64,000 nucleotides of DNA from Phoronis australis (GCA_002633005.1 NMRA01000213.1:331741-395740), one strand, 5' to 3'; positions 1-14,184 are shown, counted from the stretch's first letter. Notes: generated by a model not told the origin, from the letters alone. Translations and numbers: made by a program.

Positions 1-2139
1 CCACAGGAACTTAAGAATCTTAGGAAAGGCTATTTGGGAGGATTTCAGGTAATTTGAGTCGAAACTATTTTTACTCAAGAATTCAAGTTGTCCTATCGAC
101 GATCGCGAAGCAGCGACGCATCAGTCGGCAAGTTTTCGCCCTGGGATTTCAGCACATTTTTTTAAAAAGATCGTAATTTAACAACAGAGTTTGATAGCAA
201 TGCACCACAGTTTTGTAGCTAGTCTGTCATAGGTTACACATACGTCACAGCGCGTAAATTTGATGAATCCTACCTTCCCATTTCACCCGTTTCGGAGACC
301 AGGTTTTAACTGCCGTAGGCTACAAAAAGAGTCCCCCTGGGAGCTTATTAGAGCGAATACGGTAGCCCTAATAAATGGTGACATCAGTGCACGAAACGAT
401 AATTTTTATTTAAATTAGCAGCAAGTTTGTGGTGATTGACGCCAACGGCCGGGTGACCGAACTTCGGGCTTGGCGAGTAGATTTTCTGGCTCCGGCACTC
501 GCCCACCTGGCGAGCAGGGTTTTCCAAGACTAAAAGCCTGGGTATATCCCTGACTTCCACACTTTTTCAAAAGAGGGAAAACTACTAAGGAATGGCTGAG
601 TAGGGTAAAAGTATGGTTGCCGTAAGTATTGGATGTTTTTTGGAGATCGATTCAACATCAGACAACTTGATTTTTGGTAACGTTGATAAGTCCTTTGACC
701 ACAACACCTTGCAGGACGATGCCATGTTTGTCAAGGCGCCTCGTTTTCGATCAACAAGACAGCAGCGCCCCGCGTTCGTGAAAGAGGTGAATACGTATGC
801 ATATGCAGGTCTTGTGCCGATTCATCCACCGAAATCTTTTGTGCGCAACAGAGGATACTTCGCTTTGTAATACGCGGCGCTTTTAAGTTTTACTCATCAC
901 CAGGCTCCCGGCTGCGGTATGTGACTTATAAACAGTTTGAAGGTCAACATTTGATAAATCTTACACAAAACAACCACGTTGTACGCTTTTGAGCTAAATA
1001 ATTATATTTTTATCCACTGCGTAAGTTTTAGAACAAAATGAAAATCATTTTCTCCAATTTGACGTTTAAAGTTAGTCAAGTAAAAAAAAAAAACGGGCGT
1101 TCTGGTTCTCTGGTGAAGCATCATCATACTAACTGCCTTTGTGCGGCAAAGCTGTATACTAAATATACTGAACATATAAAACCTTCACCCGGTGAATTTG
1201 TGTTATTAACGACACTCTTCCTTGAGTAAACTAAATTATTTCATCGGCGCTCGAGAAAAAATTGTCGTTCTGTCGTGATTCTGCGTTCTCTTAAGTCGGC
1301 TTACATTGGCCGGTTCCTTTTCAGTCAACTGTTCTTGTACAAGGTTGCGTACCTGGCACAACAAATTTTCGAAACTGGTTTCATTTCGTTATAAGTTTTT
1401 AGTATTTTAATACCAGCAAACCGAATTTCAGAACAAATCTTGTTGCCGCGAAGTTGTCATCATCTTCCGAAAGATGTCGCAAAATTTTTCTGAGGAAATG
1501 GCGCGTGCACATGTCACGAGCGCGACAGACTTGTTTTTACGATAGTTCATAGTTCTTGTTCACTCAAGCGTGCAACCTGCAAGCTGAGTTTTGGTTGACG
1601 CCTAGATCTTGCATGTGCCTGCGCCGGTCGCGCGCTCTACTACATGTACATGTTGATGTAAGTTTCTCGACGAGGTGACTAGCATGACTACCCGGGCTGT
1701 GGGAAATTTCGGGGATGTAACGGATCTCAATAACGCTAAGCTGTCAAGCTTTATTTTGGCGATAGTCTTTACACAGCTATCTGACCGGTTACGTCATAAC
1801 CCGCAGTATCACACTCAGCCCCGGCGGTCCTGTTTTGTGGTGGGGTGGTCATGTTTTTAGGTGCGTCAGTCCTGTTTTGAGTGAGTCGGTCCGCTTTAGA
1901 GGATCGGCGGTCATGTTGTTTCTCACCCGTGTTAATGCTTACTTTTGCTGAACAATTGACAAAATAAAATTTCACTTGCTGGCCATACTGTGCTAAAGTG
2001 GAGAGCATTTTGGTTGTCTGTTTTAGTAAAATTAAGGATTACTGTAACAAGACTGAAGCGTTTAGCTGAAACGCTATTCAGGTTGACAAACAGTTTTAGG
2101 GTAGGGTGCAGGCTTGTAGAGTATTTTTTTAAACTTTGT

Positions 2140-2590
2140 CATTAAAAATGGGCTCAACATTTGCGTTTCCTGTTCAACTCATGGAAGAGATTGAACAGTT
2201 TGTATGCAAACTGTACGGCGACTCATCATTAACAGTTAACAAAGCATGGTAACACAAATTCGGTTGAAATATGTGATGGGATCATCTCTGCCTCCTAATC
2301 ATGATTGTTTGCTGTTACATGCTAAAAGAGCAAACTACCGTTGTGACATTCACAAACGAGCCTTGCAACAGCATGTCAGTGCACCATCCCCAGTTGGTAA
2401 CGGGTGAATTTTGGAGTAGGGTAGTCTGAATTTCCACTGGATGACTCTGACTTTAGCGCCAGAAAATGTCGTGAAAAATGATAATTGCAAATGTAAAAAG
2501 AGTGGGTGCAGTACAAAAGTGTGATTTTGTTTGAAGTCGAGCATGCCATGTTCAAAGTTCTGTGAGTGTCCAGATTGTGAACACGGTGTC
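2140..2590 (+). pseudogene. Academ transposase C-terminal relic (Cys8 zinc finger)
   Basis: Reads EEIEQFVCKLYG...LPPNHDCLLLHAKRANY...SPVGNG*...HWMTLTLAPENV...CKCKKSGCSTKV*FCLKSSMPCSKFCECPDCE with internal stops. Confidence 0.8.
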
Positions 2591-3013
2591 TCAAGAAACA
2601 ACGTTTAATAACAATAATGATGACAGTTGACTATGAACTGCAGTGGGGATAATGATAATTAATTTTGACAATTATTGAAAGTGATGGCAGTGAATTCATT
2701 GAAGAAACGTTGAAAATGTATGTTGTTCATATGTAGGTTGTGATGTCAAATCTTTATCAAGTTCCAAATGATTAACACTAGTATTGTTCTTCTGGTAGTG
2801 TGTGCTATATCAATGCGTGTTGCGGCCGACAGATAGCGCGCACGTGGTAATAAATAAACAACACACGAATACCTTAACAACAGAATACGTTTATTAATTT
2901 GCAGCGCTGTGATATATAAATAATAGATTACAATAAGTTGTGAGACCGACGACCAACCGATTGAGACACGATCCCTACTGAAGAAACTACTAATCACATA
3001 GGCGGACTTAGGG

Positions 3014-3106
3014 NNNNNNNNNNNNNNNNNNNNNNNNNNNNNNNNNNNNNNNNNNNNNNNNNNNNNNNNNNNNNNNNNNNNNNNNNNNNNNNNNNNNNNN
3101 NNNNNN
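3014..3106. other. Assembly gap (N run)
   Basis: Run of N. Confidence 1.
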
Positions 3107-3615
3107 GGGGGGAGGGCTGAAATCAAATTTCAAGTGTCAAATTCGTAACACGGCGCATTCGTAACGGAACTATGGCTAAGTATAGGCTCTCCCGCGATAT
3201 CACAGGCGACCGGCAGTGGCGCTGCTCACTACGACTCCGTTTCCGTCGTCTGCTCCACTGTGCAATGAAGAAAATTTACTTCATTTTTTAAAGAAAATGG
3301 AATCTGAGTGACGATGAAAAACAGAAAGTGCGGGTAAGATGTGTTTAATCGAAGCCTTAGTGAATCACTCAGAAACTCCCATACTCTCTTTGTCAAACCT
3401 TATCTTAAGACGATTTCCAAAGCAATCCCGTCGTCATTGCCAACACGAAAAACGGATTTGGTCTTTTGGGCATTTGAAGACTATTTTAAATACGACAAAT
3501 TTGTTAAGAATTGATGGCACAAAATATAAAACATGTAATAAGCATTACAAAAAGAAGTAGGTTTCGCGCGCAAACGCTGTGGACCATAAATAAGTAGGTC
3601 TCTTAGTGCGAGATT

Positions 3616-3682
3616 AGTGGTGGTGTAGTGGTGAAGCGCGCGCGCTCTAGCCGCCCAGCCGCCAGGTCGTGAGTTCGAGTCT
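3616..3682 (+). repeat. tRNA-derived head (Pol III A/B boxes), SINE-like
   Basis: A box TGGTGTAGTGG and B box GAGTTCGAGTC. A related minus-strand copy lies at 35031..35092. No full cloverleaf. Confidence 0.55.
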
Positions 3683-6207
3683 TAGGTTCTTGCAGTTTTT
3701 TCTGTTCGACACGTTTTCCGTTTTTTTCTTTTCTTTTCTTTTTGCCTCTTTTGTCTTCAGGAATCAAGGAAAATGCTTGATTTTAAGAGGTACAAACTTC
3801 GGTGCTATGCGCATCTACAATCGTGATTCAGTTTGCGCAAATGCTTACAGCCGGACAAAAAGTTGGGCCCCCCTTGTGATATCGTAGATCCGCCACTGAA
3901 TCAACAGTGCCACTAGTTCCTCGGTGCTACCGCACTCGTTAACACAAAATAAGTCACAACAGAACTAACCCTCTAGAACAATCGCTAGATTGGTTCAAAC
4001 TGACTAGCAGGCTGAGACCAACGTCTGTGATAAGTGTCTATACCCCAGTTGTGTCCTTCTCCTTGACTCTTTGGTCACACGAAGTTGCTCGTGTGGCCCG
4101 GGCTTTGTTTCTGTAGTCTGAAGTTGTCGTCCAGCTCTGGAATCGTGCCCGGTAGTCTGATGTGGTATATGGTAGATTCGGTCTGCTCTGATCTCAAGAG
4201 CCAATGTCTTACATACTAATCTTAGTGGCATCATAGGATGGACCTACTCTGAGATGTACATACATGTACATCTCCCTATAACGAGCTAAATATAACGAGC
4301 TAACTGGACTATCCCCTGGAAAATTCTTGCATAACTGCCGCTATTCCTGGACTTACTACAATAAAGCACTATTCCTGGATTTTCTACAGCAGAGACATGC
4401 CTATCTCTCGAAGAATTCTTGTATAATTGCCACCTTTCCTCTGTTAACCATACGTTGGGATTTTAACTCCCACAGATCGAGGTAGCATATCCCCTGGAAT
4501 TTCTCCCACAACATCCGTGATAAGTTCTGCTGAAAACATATTCGCATGCACGTGAAGGGCATAGCCTCATTATATTACAAGTTCAGAATATAGTAGTATA
4601 TTTTCTGGCCAACATGAGGGGCTGCTAAAATATTTCTATTTGTCTTTTTTGAGCAATTTTCCACCTAATGTCATAATATTTATCAATTTTCTGGTCCAGT
4701 AACTTCAAATGAACAAAACCCATTCATATTAGCATTCAGTTTGGGTCTAGTGTTGTTGGTTTTTGAAGGTTGGTTTTCTGTGCCAAATTTTGCAAAAAGT
4801 CAGATTTTTCAGCTAAAAACTTCTCGTAAACGTGCAAGTCAAACCTTGGGAACTTTTTAAATTCTTAAAGTATAGTACTTAATGACCTTAAAAACACCAA
4901 AATTTTCTTGACCCCAAAAAGTAGCCACGGAAGTGATTTTCTAGGCTTCCTTGAGTCGAATGGACTATGGCTTACTAAGCCACTGAGCTTGTCAGTCTTA
5001 TAATATGTCACAAATGGATGACAGGTAGCTTGGGAATTGTTCAAATAGAACCACAGCATTGTGCATGACAAACAAAATAATTTCCATCAAAATCTAACGT
5101 AACAATGGAATTGTCTACTGCAACGTTATTTTTCATTTCAGTAGTATACGTGGATCTTGCTTTAGAAATAAAATGTTGTCGCCTGGGGGACTCAAAACAG
5201 TCCCCTAATTTGAGGACAAACACTCCTGCTGTTTTTTAAGTGAAAGTTTGAAAGATGGTAGTAGAGTTAATGTGCGTCCACTTCTTACGAACTGTGAATC
5301 ATAACAAACTTCTTTAGTTTTGTACGCCCTATTATCATTCTGCCCTTAAAAGCTGTGTGTGTGTGTGTGTCAGAGTAAAGTTTGGATTATCATAAACATG
5401 ACCTTGATTTTTGGAATAAATCCAATCACTTGGGCCTGAAAATTATTACAACTTTAATGACGTTCTATTAACTTATAAGGAAAATCATAACTACACCATC
5501 AATGTCTTTTGGAACAAATCCAATAACTTGAGCCTGAAAGTCATTAAAACAATCGATTGTGATGACCTTAAACCCATAACGCACGAGAAAATATCATTAA
5601 AACCCTGCGCCATTTGACAAAGAGTCGTCTTACCATGAAGATGTTTAATACACAACATTATTTTAGTTAATATAATCAATATACATGTGTCATTGTACGA
5701 GAAGAAATGCAATATCATTGTAAACCGCAGACACCGATTTTTTTGCGTGCCGAAAATGACTGAAAAAATGTGTTGCTTAAGGGAAAATGTTTTTTAGTGC
5801 CACACAAAGTTAACAGTGACCATTAAAATGTAATCGTTTTTTCCTGCAACGCTCCGTTAGGTTGATTATTAGAATGACACAAGGCAAGAGTACAGAACTG
5901 CACTTCTGCAAGCTCCAGTTGTGCTCCAGCCCCAAGAAAATGTCCAGGCTACTCGAAATCGGCTCATTTTTAAACGTGCCGGCTGTCTGGGAGGCGGCCA
6001 GGCTAAACGGTCATTTTCTGCATATCACATAGACGAAGGTAATCCCAGCACAGTAACGAAAATTGGCTGCTAAAAATATCCCGACTGGGTAGCCAGAAAA
6101 CTGAAAGTCCGAGCCTGGTTTCGCCACAGAAATGACCATTACTGTTCTAAGTTGTATGTCGTGGGAACTGTGGGGCCGGAGTGGTATTCAAGTTAGTAAT
6201 GGTCAGA

Positions 6208-6291
6208 TATAAAGTGCCCGAATTTTGAGAACCAGTTTTCCCCACTAAATAACCGGCATCAAACTGGTTCTCAAAATGCGGACACGTTATA
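6208..6291. repeat. Small hairpin MITE
   Basis: Inverted repeat ATATAAAGTGCCCGAATTTTGAGAACCAGTTT / AAACTGGTTCTCAAAATGCGGACACGTTATAT. Confidence 0.65.
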
Positions 6292-6840
6292 TCGGGCTTT
6301 TGCCTTCAAGTTGACCCCACCATTGGAATGTTTTTGTTACCATTTGCCAACCATATTAGTATAGTTGGCGAATCTATTGCTGAGCTGCAGCTTACATGGA
6401 TTGTCGTCAACAATTGTACGGCAATTCAGTCGCTAATATTTGGCACTATTTTGGTCAAATAATCACTAGTCGAATTAAAAATCAATTTTATATGTCAAAA
6501 ATCTCGTGTAAATGTTCTCAAATTGTCACATATCTTAGCGCGGATGGTCGAAAAAACACCACTTCTCAGTGTACCGCGTATGTCAATTATACATCAGTAT
6601 GATCAGTGCTCCCTTGTTATAACTTCGATGGCGATAGCGTCAGCAATATTTAACTTCGATGCGTTACTGTAACTACCGAAACTGGTATGATCTTGTTGAA
6701 CTTAACTGCGCGGTTTACCTCGACGCTCCGCTCATAAATAGTGAAGTTTGTCATGACAGGTTCTTTATTAAGACCAACAATGCCTGAATAAGTAACAATA
6801 GCCGAGATCATATTCTCCGGTTTTGTCAGTAAGCGTTTAT

Positions 6841-8296
6841 AGCGGAGTTGCAACGCCGCCATATTGGAAATGGGTCAGAATGTTGCATTGTGGTTAAGCC
6901 GGTAAACAAGTACGTCGGCAAGCGTGGGGGCGAACCGGCCACAGGGAGGTTATACGTGTTGTGTGCCTGGCATGCTATAATACCAGTTAGCGNNNNNNNN
7001 NNNNNNNNNNNNNNNNNNNNNNNNNNNNNNNNNNNNNNNNNNNNNNNNNNNNNNNNNNNNNNNNNNNNNNNNNNNNNNNNNNNNNNNNNNNNNNNNNNNN
7101 NNNNNNNNNNNNNNNNNNNNNNNNNNNNNNNNNNNNNNNNNNNNNNNNNNNNNNNNNNNNNNNNNNNNNNNNNNNNNNNNNNNNNNNNNNNNNNNNNNNN
7201 NNNNNNNNNNNNNNNNNNNNNNNNNNNNNNNNNNNNNNNNNNNNNNNNNNNNNNNNNNNNNNNNNNNNNNNNNNNNNNNNNNNNNNNNNNNNNNNNNNNN
7301 NNNNNNNNNNNNNNNNNNNNNNNNNNNNNNNNNNNNNNNNNNNNNNNNNNNNNNNNNNNNNNNNNNNNNNNNNNNNNNNNNNNNNNNNNNNNNNNNNNNN
7401 NNNNNNNNNNNNNNNNNNNNNNNNNNNNNNNNNNNNNNNNNNNNNNNNNNNNNNNNNNNNNNNNNNNNNNNNNNNNNNNNNNNNNNNNNNNNNNNNNNNN
7501 NNNNNNNNNNNNNNNNNNNNNNNNNNNNNNNNNNNNNNNNNNNNNNNNNNNNNNNNNNNNNNNNNNNNNNNNNNNNNNNNNNNNNNNNNNNNNNNNNNNN
7601 NNNNNNNNNNNNNNNNNNNNNNNNNNNNNNNNNNNNNNNNNNNNNNNNNNNNNNNNNNNNNNNNNNNNNNNNNNNNNNNNNNNNNNNNNNNNNNNNNNNN
7701 NNNNNNNNNNNNNNNNNNNNNNNNNNNNNNNNNNNNNNNNNNNNNNNNNNNNNNNNNNNNNNNNNNNNNNNNNNNNNNNNNNNNNNNNNNNNNNNNNNNN
7801 NNNNNNNNNNNNNNNNNNNNNNNNNNNNNNNNNNNNNNNNNNNNNNNNNNNNNNNNNNNNNNNNNNNNNNNNNNNNNNNNNNNNNNNNNNNNNNNNNNNN
7901 NNNNNNNNNNNNNNNNNNNNNNNNNNTAAGTTTGAAGTGTATACGGACATAACGGTGAGGCTCGTGGTCCGTTACAAATTCAGGCTGTCGGATCTTTCAA
8001 TTGATAAATTGGAGACGTTAGAACTGTAGGTAAGGGCATTTTTCGCATGTAGTTCATGGGCTGGGCGCTTACTTTAACAAAGTCTGAAAACGCGTTGGGG
8101 CACTTGTTGAGCCATGGGCGCTAATTAGGGCGAATAGCGGCAGAATTACATACAGCAGCGTAGTTTAATGCACACAAATTACACGTCGTGCAAACCAGTC
8201 GGTCATCCCGTTTACCATCAACAATCGCAGTAGCCTTTGCGCACCCTAATTTCCGGACATGCGCAATCGTTAAATCGATTCAGTTGCAACTCCGCT
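6841..8296. mobile_element. Non-autonomous TIR element (ISL2EU-type AT target) spanning the gap
   Basis: Perfect 14-bp TIR AGCGGAGTTGCAAC / GTTGCAACTCCGCT flanked by AT on both sides. Confidence 0.7.
6993..7926. other. Assembly gap (N run)
   Basis: Run of N. Confidence 1.
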
Positions 8297-9674
8297 ATTG
8301 GCATAGGTAGGCCTACTGTACGCGCTGTACAATGGAGTTGAATCAATGGAATTGATTACGCTTGCCAATCATTGTTCGTTTATTATCCGATTGAACAAGT
8401 TGGGGTCACCTAGCGATCGCTCCAATGTGTATTTTAAAATACACTTGACCACACTACCCTCCGACAGAAAAGACAACACTACGAAATCCACAACACAACG
8501 GAAACAGATGTCGCCTACATTAATCTTTATATTTATTAAAGAATTTCGGCTACACGTTAGACACGAACCCTAACATGCGAGTTTGACGTCCTTCTTTTGT
8601 TTGACTACGTCACAGTGATGTTGACCTTAACGTTCAGTCGTGCCACACTGGCGAAAACAACGCGAGGACCACTGATCTCAAGTAAGTGCAAAACGTAAAC
8701 TGCCGATTTGTGGTAAAAGCTCGTTAGATGTATGCAACTTTTCAATTAGAAAGAGATGATATAGCGTAGGGGACGTGTCTCACTCGATTGATTGTTTGAA
8801 GTACATGCATAACCTATGTTCTGAGGGCCTCCTTGCGTAACTGATTTTCTCAGATAAACCAAAGTAATCGGGAAGTAATAAGTGACACAGAAATGGTGCC
8901 AAAACATTTAAATTTCGGTAATGTTTCATGAAATCAAATCAAATCAAGAGAAATGCTTTGATTGTTCAAAACAAATAGTAATAACTGAGAACGCCACCCG
9001 TTAATTAGTCCTTTTTACCGTCTAGTGGTCTATATCCACACTATGAACCAAGATCCACATATACGGTCGATCTTACTTCGCCGAGAGGTGTGGCTTTAAC
9101 CTGTGAGGAAGGTGAGAAACGACGCAGCGACGTCAGTGGTTCTTCGGCAGAGTGAGTGCCGCTATGTGTGGTGTATCGTTCCCGCTTGTGCAAACTGTGA
9201 AGCTGCGTGGAAAGCGAGTATAATCGTTTTTTTTTCGATATCCTCGAGACCCCATAATGCGTCGGAAGTGGCTCGCGTTAGTGAAGAATGAAAAGTACGC
9301 CTTTATACAAAGTGTGAGGCCGTCAGGTGAAACTTCTCCGCCCTGTCAGTGGCCTGCAGTTCGTCGGATCGGTTGTTGATCAGTTTTTGATTATGGAGAA
9401 TTGTAGTTGGCCATGAAAACAAAGAATTGCAATTAATTTAAGGCGTGAGAACATAACGTTTTATGTAACCTGTTTGATGACTTACTCGTTCGTGAGGCTT
9501 ATGTTTGGTCCTCTGGGTGAAGGATGCTTTCGCCAGTTCTTTTTCAAGCGGTTTTGGAACTATCCATATATTCCATTGTCTGTGCACGTTCACGGAGCCT
9601 CTCTTTTATTCCTTGATAAGTGTATTCCTGTGAAACCTAACGATCGACCTGTGATGCCTTCGTCGGATGAGCAC

Positions 9675-10453
9675 TCGTCTAAGTAGGATTGCGATTGCCA
9701 CGTTGACGTTTACATTGTGCGATCTGTTTCAAAATGCTGATGTACAACTGAAACAAAGTCTGTGTCATTAGATACATGTACAATTTGTTATGTCTTGGAA
9801 TGTTCGTGAGTGCAAATGTTTTGAGAAGCCAGCAATGAATAAACCTCTGCGTTACCGGCTTTAGATTGCAATTTACTAATTGACTGGGCACCGAGGCCGT
9901 GTGAGCACATGCTAATTCAGTGTTTGCTGACAGTAATAAGCGGTTGTGAAACAATAACTCGATCTTATGTCCTGTGGTCAGATGTTAGGGGAATCTTTAT
10001 TTAGATATTTATGCACATTATTCGTATCATTGTTACTGTACAACTTTAGCCCCGACTGTTCTGTGGAAGGGCAACCTTGGTGACTTCGTCTCTCGGCCCA
10101 CGAGGGGCTATAAACTAGATTTGCAGTTTCTCGGCTAATTCACCAAAATAATCACGTTGATTTCACATTTTTCTTTGGCTCACTAGTATAGTCTTTTCGT
10201 GACTGGATGTTTAGTTTCCAACTTTGGCTGGTTTTGATGTTCGTGATATCTTCAGTCCGGCCGCGATGGGCCTGATCAGGTTCCAAGCCACTGGCCGGGA
10301 TAACCAGTCACTCCGGCCGCGATGGGCCTGATCGGGTTTCGAGTCACTAGCCAGGATAGCAAGCGTTTTGTGTGTTTAGACCTGAAAAAATCGCAAGTCT
10401 AAAATTACATCACCAAGGAATGTTCTCCTGTCTGTATTTCACGGAGGAATAAC
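9675..10453 (+). repeat. Dispersed unclassified repeat; direct copy at 63108..63859
   Basis: Colinear similarity (roughly 80% by eye) across about 770 bp, including an internal duplicated GC-rich unit of about 56 bp (10255..10360). Confidence 0.85.
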
Positions 10454-11626
10454 TGGAATTTATCACCGCTATTACTCGATCTACATTGACAAAGAATACA
10501 TGTAGGTTGTTTTTTGGGTGGCATTCTCCTTTAACGAATTAAACACATTTTCTTTCTCAGAATCAATGTTGGTATCAGAAAAAAGACAGCTTAGAATTTT
10601 TATAACCCGGATTGTTAATCCTTTTCACCAAGTGAAGACTACAATGGTGTGAGCACGTTTGTACTGTAGCTTTTACCTCCTCCCATTGCTACCACCACGG
10701 TTTCTCGTATGCAGTCATCATCAGCCAGTTGCTGCTAACTGTCAGCTTTATGGGTTCCTGGTTTCAGAATAACTCGCGTAATCCAATGGAAGTAACTCAG
10801 TAGTTCTGAAATCAGGAATCAATCCGGGGCCCATAAAATCTTCTATTACCCACTTCCCACCCTTGCGAGTAATTGTCGTGCCACGATGCCATCCTACCCG
10901 CTGATGTCCGTCTGTTTGCTACCTGTGCGGTGTCCCTTCCGCTGTTACCAATTCGTATACCGTCACTCCTTATCAGTAATTGCCACCGCAGTGTAGTGGT
11001 CATGCTTTGTAGCCCCTTTGCAGTCGCTTTCGCGTTTAACTTGTTGCCGAAGCTCTCTAATGGAGCACAACGCATACACAACGTAAACTTGTGACGTCTA
11101 GTGAATCACAAGTTTGCATTCGTATTTAACGTGTAGTCGAAACTCTCCCGACTCCAGTAATGTCAGGGCTTGGAATGACCCATGAAAAAAGAGGACATTT
11201 GTAATGCGCATTGCAATCTAAACAGCCATACCTCAACAGATCGAAAGTAAACATTATTATCACATGATGCCCTGTAACTGAGTCGTGTTGGCAAAACGCA
11301 CTATCTTAAGCGGTACCTGACATCATTTCAGCAGCAATAATGAAGGCAATTAGATGCAACAAAAGATATTTTTTTAAAATTAAAATGATAAAGATAATTA
11401 TGCAAAATTTGCACTGTGAGTGACAGAAGCTTATTCTTGATTTGCTACAGGGATACATGTAAAATTATTTTCAGTTCTTGTAATTACAATACAAAATCAT
11501 AAAAAAAAATGAAAATCGATCCAGATATTATCTGGAAAGTCTGAAATACATACCCATTTAATTTTAACAAAACATTTAATTCCAACGCAAATTAAAAAAG
11601 TCAAGACGAAAACCTGTGGCTCATAC

Positions 11627-12228
11627 CCCAACTATTAGCATGGAAGTCAAAAACAGCATGCCGATAATTTAAACTAGAAAACCGGACTCGGTCTCATGCC
11701 TAGCAGCCAACTTGGCAACTGCCGGCATGGGCTTGCACGAGGGATCAAACAAAAGAATTTCATGCTTCACTCACATCCGACGATTCCAATCAAACGAATT
11801 ACCGGTTACGGTTGAAGTAACTTTTTGTGGCACGAGAGTAGATTTTTCTGAATCATTGATAGATTTTCTAATTTTTCTTTTTGAATTTGACGCTATTACA
11901 TGGACCTACTCTTTGACAACGACGTTGGACCGACTTCGAACTCAGCACCACGTGATTTCTTGCACCGCGTCGCGGCACCCGCGTTGGTCCAACCGTCAAG
12001 CGTGCCCGACGCTGAGCCAACGTTAGTCCGACGTCAAAGTGGGACAAATATGTTGACTTATACATTGTGACTAGAAAAAAAATAATATCCCAATCGTCGA
12101 ATTTACTTGGAAGTGCAAAACATGCGTTTTGAATGCAGTATCTCGTAGACGACGGACCAACGTCGGACCAACGTCAAAACCGACCGCGACCTACCGACTT
12201 CGAGCCCAACGTAGTGATTCCATTTGGG
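11627..12228. mobile_element. CCC-ended non-autonomous element with ACGTTGG/CCAACGT subterminal repeats
   Basis: CCCAA...TTGGG ends near TA, and clustered cgttgg/ccaacg/gtcgg motifs at 11920..12215. Confidence 0.45.
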
Positions 12229-13489
12229 TATTGACTGACATATAGGGCCTATGTTTAGTTATTCTGTCGTGTGCAGTTCTGTGTCCATGTTGTGCGTTTT
12301 GTGATTTAATCATTCATTGTTGATCATCTGTTTCTAAACTTGATGAAATTGAATAGATATATTTTTCGGAACACATGAGGGCGGTAATACCGTCGGAGGT
12401 CCTAAAGTCGCGAGTGTCCTGAAGTGAACGATCTTATTTCCGATTCTGAGCTATCGACATCTAGCGTTGAAGTTTCCAGCGTTCATCTGCTTACGAACGT
12501 CAAACGAATACCTACAACGCCAGAAATTTGTAAAATGCACTACTGCGCATGCGCTAAATCTTGCCATCAGCCCTCCATAAGAAATACACAAGAATAGGCT
12601 ATAATCAGCAATTTACAAGTGAGTAGAGATAACTACACAATTTGCCGATAGCCTGTGACATAGAGTGTACGTTAAGACTTGTTACTGCCAAATATCAGCG
12701 TCATTGGTGAAAATTTACCACGTCTCTTGAAGTTTGAAGTTTGCCCGTTGAGGCCTACAATTTATGTCAAGTGAAACTGAATCAATAAACAATGCAATTC
12801 CCTTTTGATGTCGTCTAGAGTAACTGTAAGTACTGTAGTTGATCTGTGTGGTCTTCATGCATTTTCGTCTAAACGACATGGTCACGACTTTAGGGCCTCA
12901 TTCAAAATGGCTGCGGATATCAGCTACCGTTTCTAACGAACTGTGCTAACGGAGACAAACGAGGGTTAAGATTGGCAAAACACGTATATTTGTGAAGGCT
13001 GATACATGTCCATGACATCACATGGGCATTTGCTAACGGACATTGGGTAGTACGATAATCAGCTGCTTTTTATACTTATATTCAAGACTTAAGGTAACCG
13101 GTGCTTACTTGTTTGCGCAATATAGTTAAATTTGGAGGTTTACCTGTGAGGCGTTGCTTTATACAAGTGGAATTTGCAAAGGCTTAAGATCAGGTTTTGC
13201 ACTTGGTAGTTTCTACATCTGCTGAAAATAGAACAGAATCTACATTAATAGATCTATAGTATTTCTATTTCCAACCCAGATCTAATATTCCAAAAGTTTT
13301 GAACAACATCACACTGCCAGTACGAATGAATCAAAATCTTAGGTTCCCTTTTACAGAAGCTATACAGGGAAGAGTTGCTAAAACAACTTATTTTCACAGG
13401 ATAAGAATTGCAACTAATAATTCCATGAGCCTAAACTGAAACCGCCAAAAGAGGCCTGAAACGCGAAAAAACAGACACAATAACATTAT

Positions 13490-13745
13490 TCAGAATGGTT
13501 CTCTACCCCTGAAACAGATTTCAACCTACTTCCCAGGTATTCTTACGGGTTTGTTCGTAAAGATTGTGAGTTTCTGTTGATGTCAAATCATTTTTTTAGT
13601 TTCAAATTTCAAAAAACAATTTGGCAATTGCTCGCCACTTCGTCGATTTTTCTCCCACAAGGCAATGCACGTTTCATTATTTGGCATGGCAGTACATAAA
13701 CGTAGCACATTCCCCTTATGTGACCTTTTACCTTTGATGTAAAGA
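13490..13745 (+). repeat. Dispersed repeat; direct copy at about 15645..15905
   Basis: Shared GTAAAGATT..GA.TTTCTGTTGATGTCAAA, TTTCAAATTTC, TCGATTTTTCTCCCACA and CACATT..CCTTATGTG blocks. Confidence 0.75.
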
Positions 13746-14184
13746 GAACAATGGCTTCTTAAGACAGCAGCCAGTCCGATTAAGAGACAACGGATGTAAG
13801 TCCTAACTGTTTAAGTTTTGTTGGTGTCGTAGCATTGAAATCTATTGTAAAGAGTACTTGGAATTATTTTTGGAAAATTGCTTGCTTCACTGGCATGCCA
13901 CATACTGTGCTGTCGCCCTCAGATTCTGAGTGCAAGCACAAACGATAATCTGCCGTTATTATGCATCTTGTCAGTTGTTGGTTGAATGAGTGTGAGCGCA
14001 TGCGCGCATTTATCTAAGTAGGAGGGAAATGAGAAACTCTGTGGTGACTACAGAGTTTTCCTTTGCCTTTATTTCAAAAATCGTGAATTTTGCGAATTTT
14101 TCTGGAAATTCCCTCTCAGAGGAAAATGAATAACTCTATAGTAGACATTGCGAGATGGTACTTTCCTCATGAATTGTTTTAAAG

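Noticed and set aside
3616-3682. Functional tRNA gene
   Set aside because: A/B boxes are present but no convincing acceptor or anticodon stems.
3900-4510. Possible solo LTR with short internal repeats
   Set aside because: Could not identify both TG/CA ends, a TSD, PBS or PPT.
6826-8029. 374-aa and 393-aa ORFs (and the 2746..3126 ORF)
   Set aside because: Artefacts of translating N gaps.
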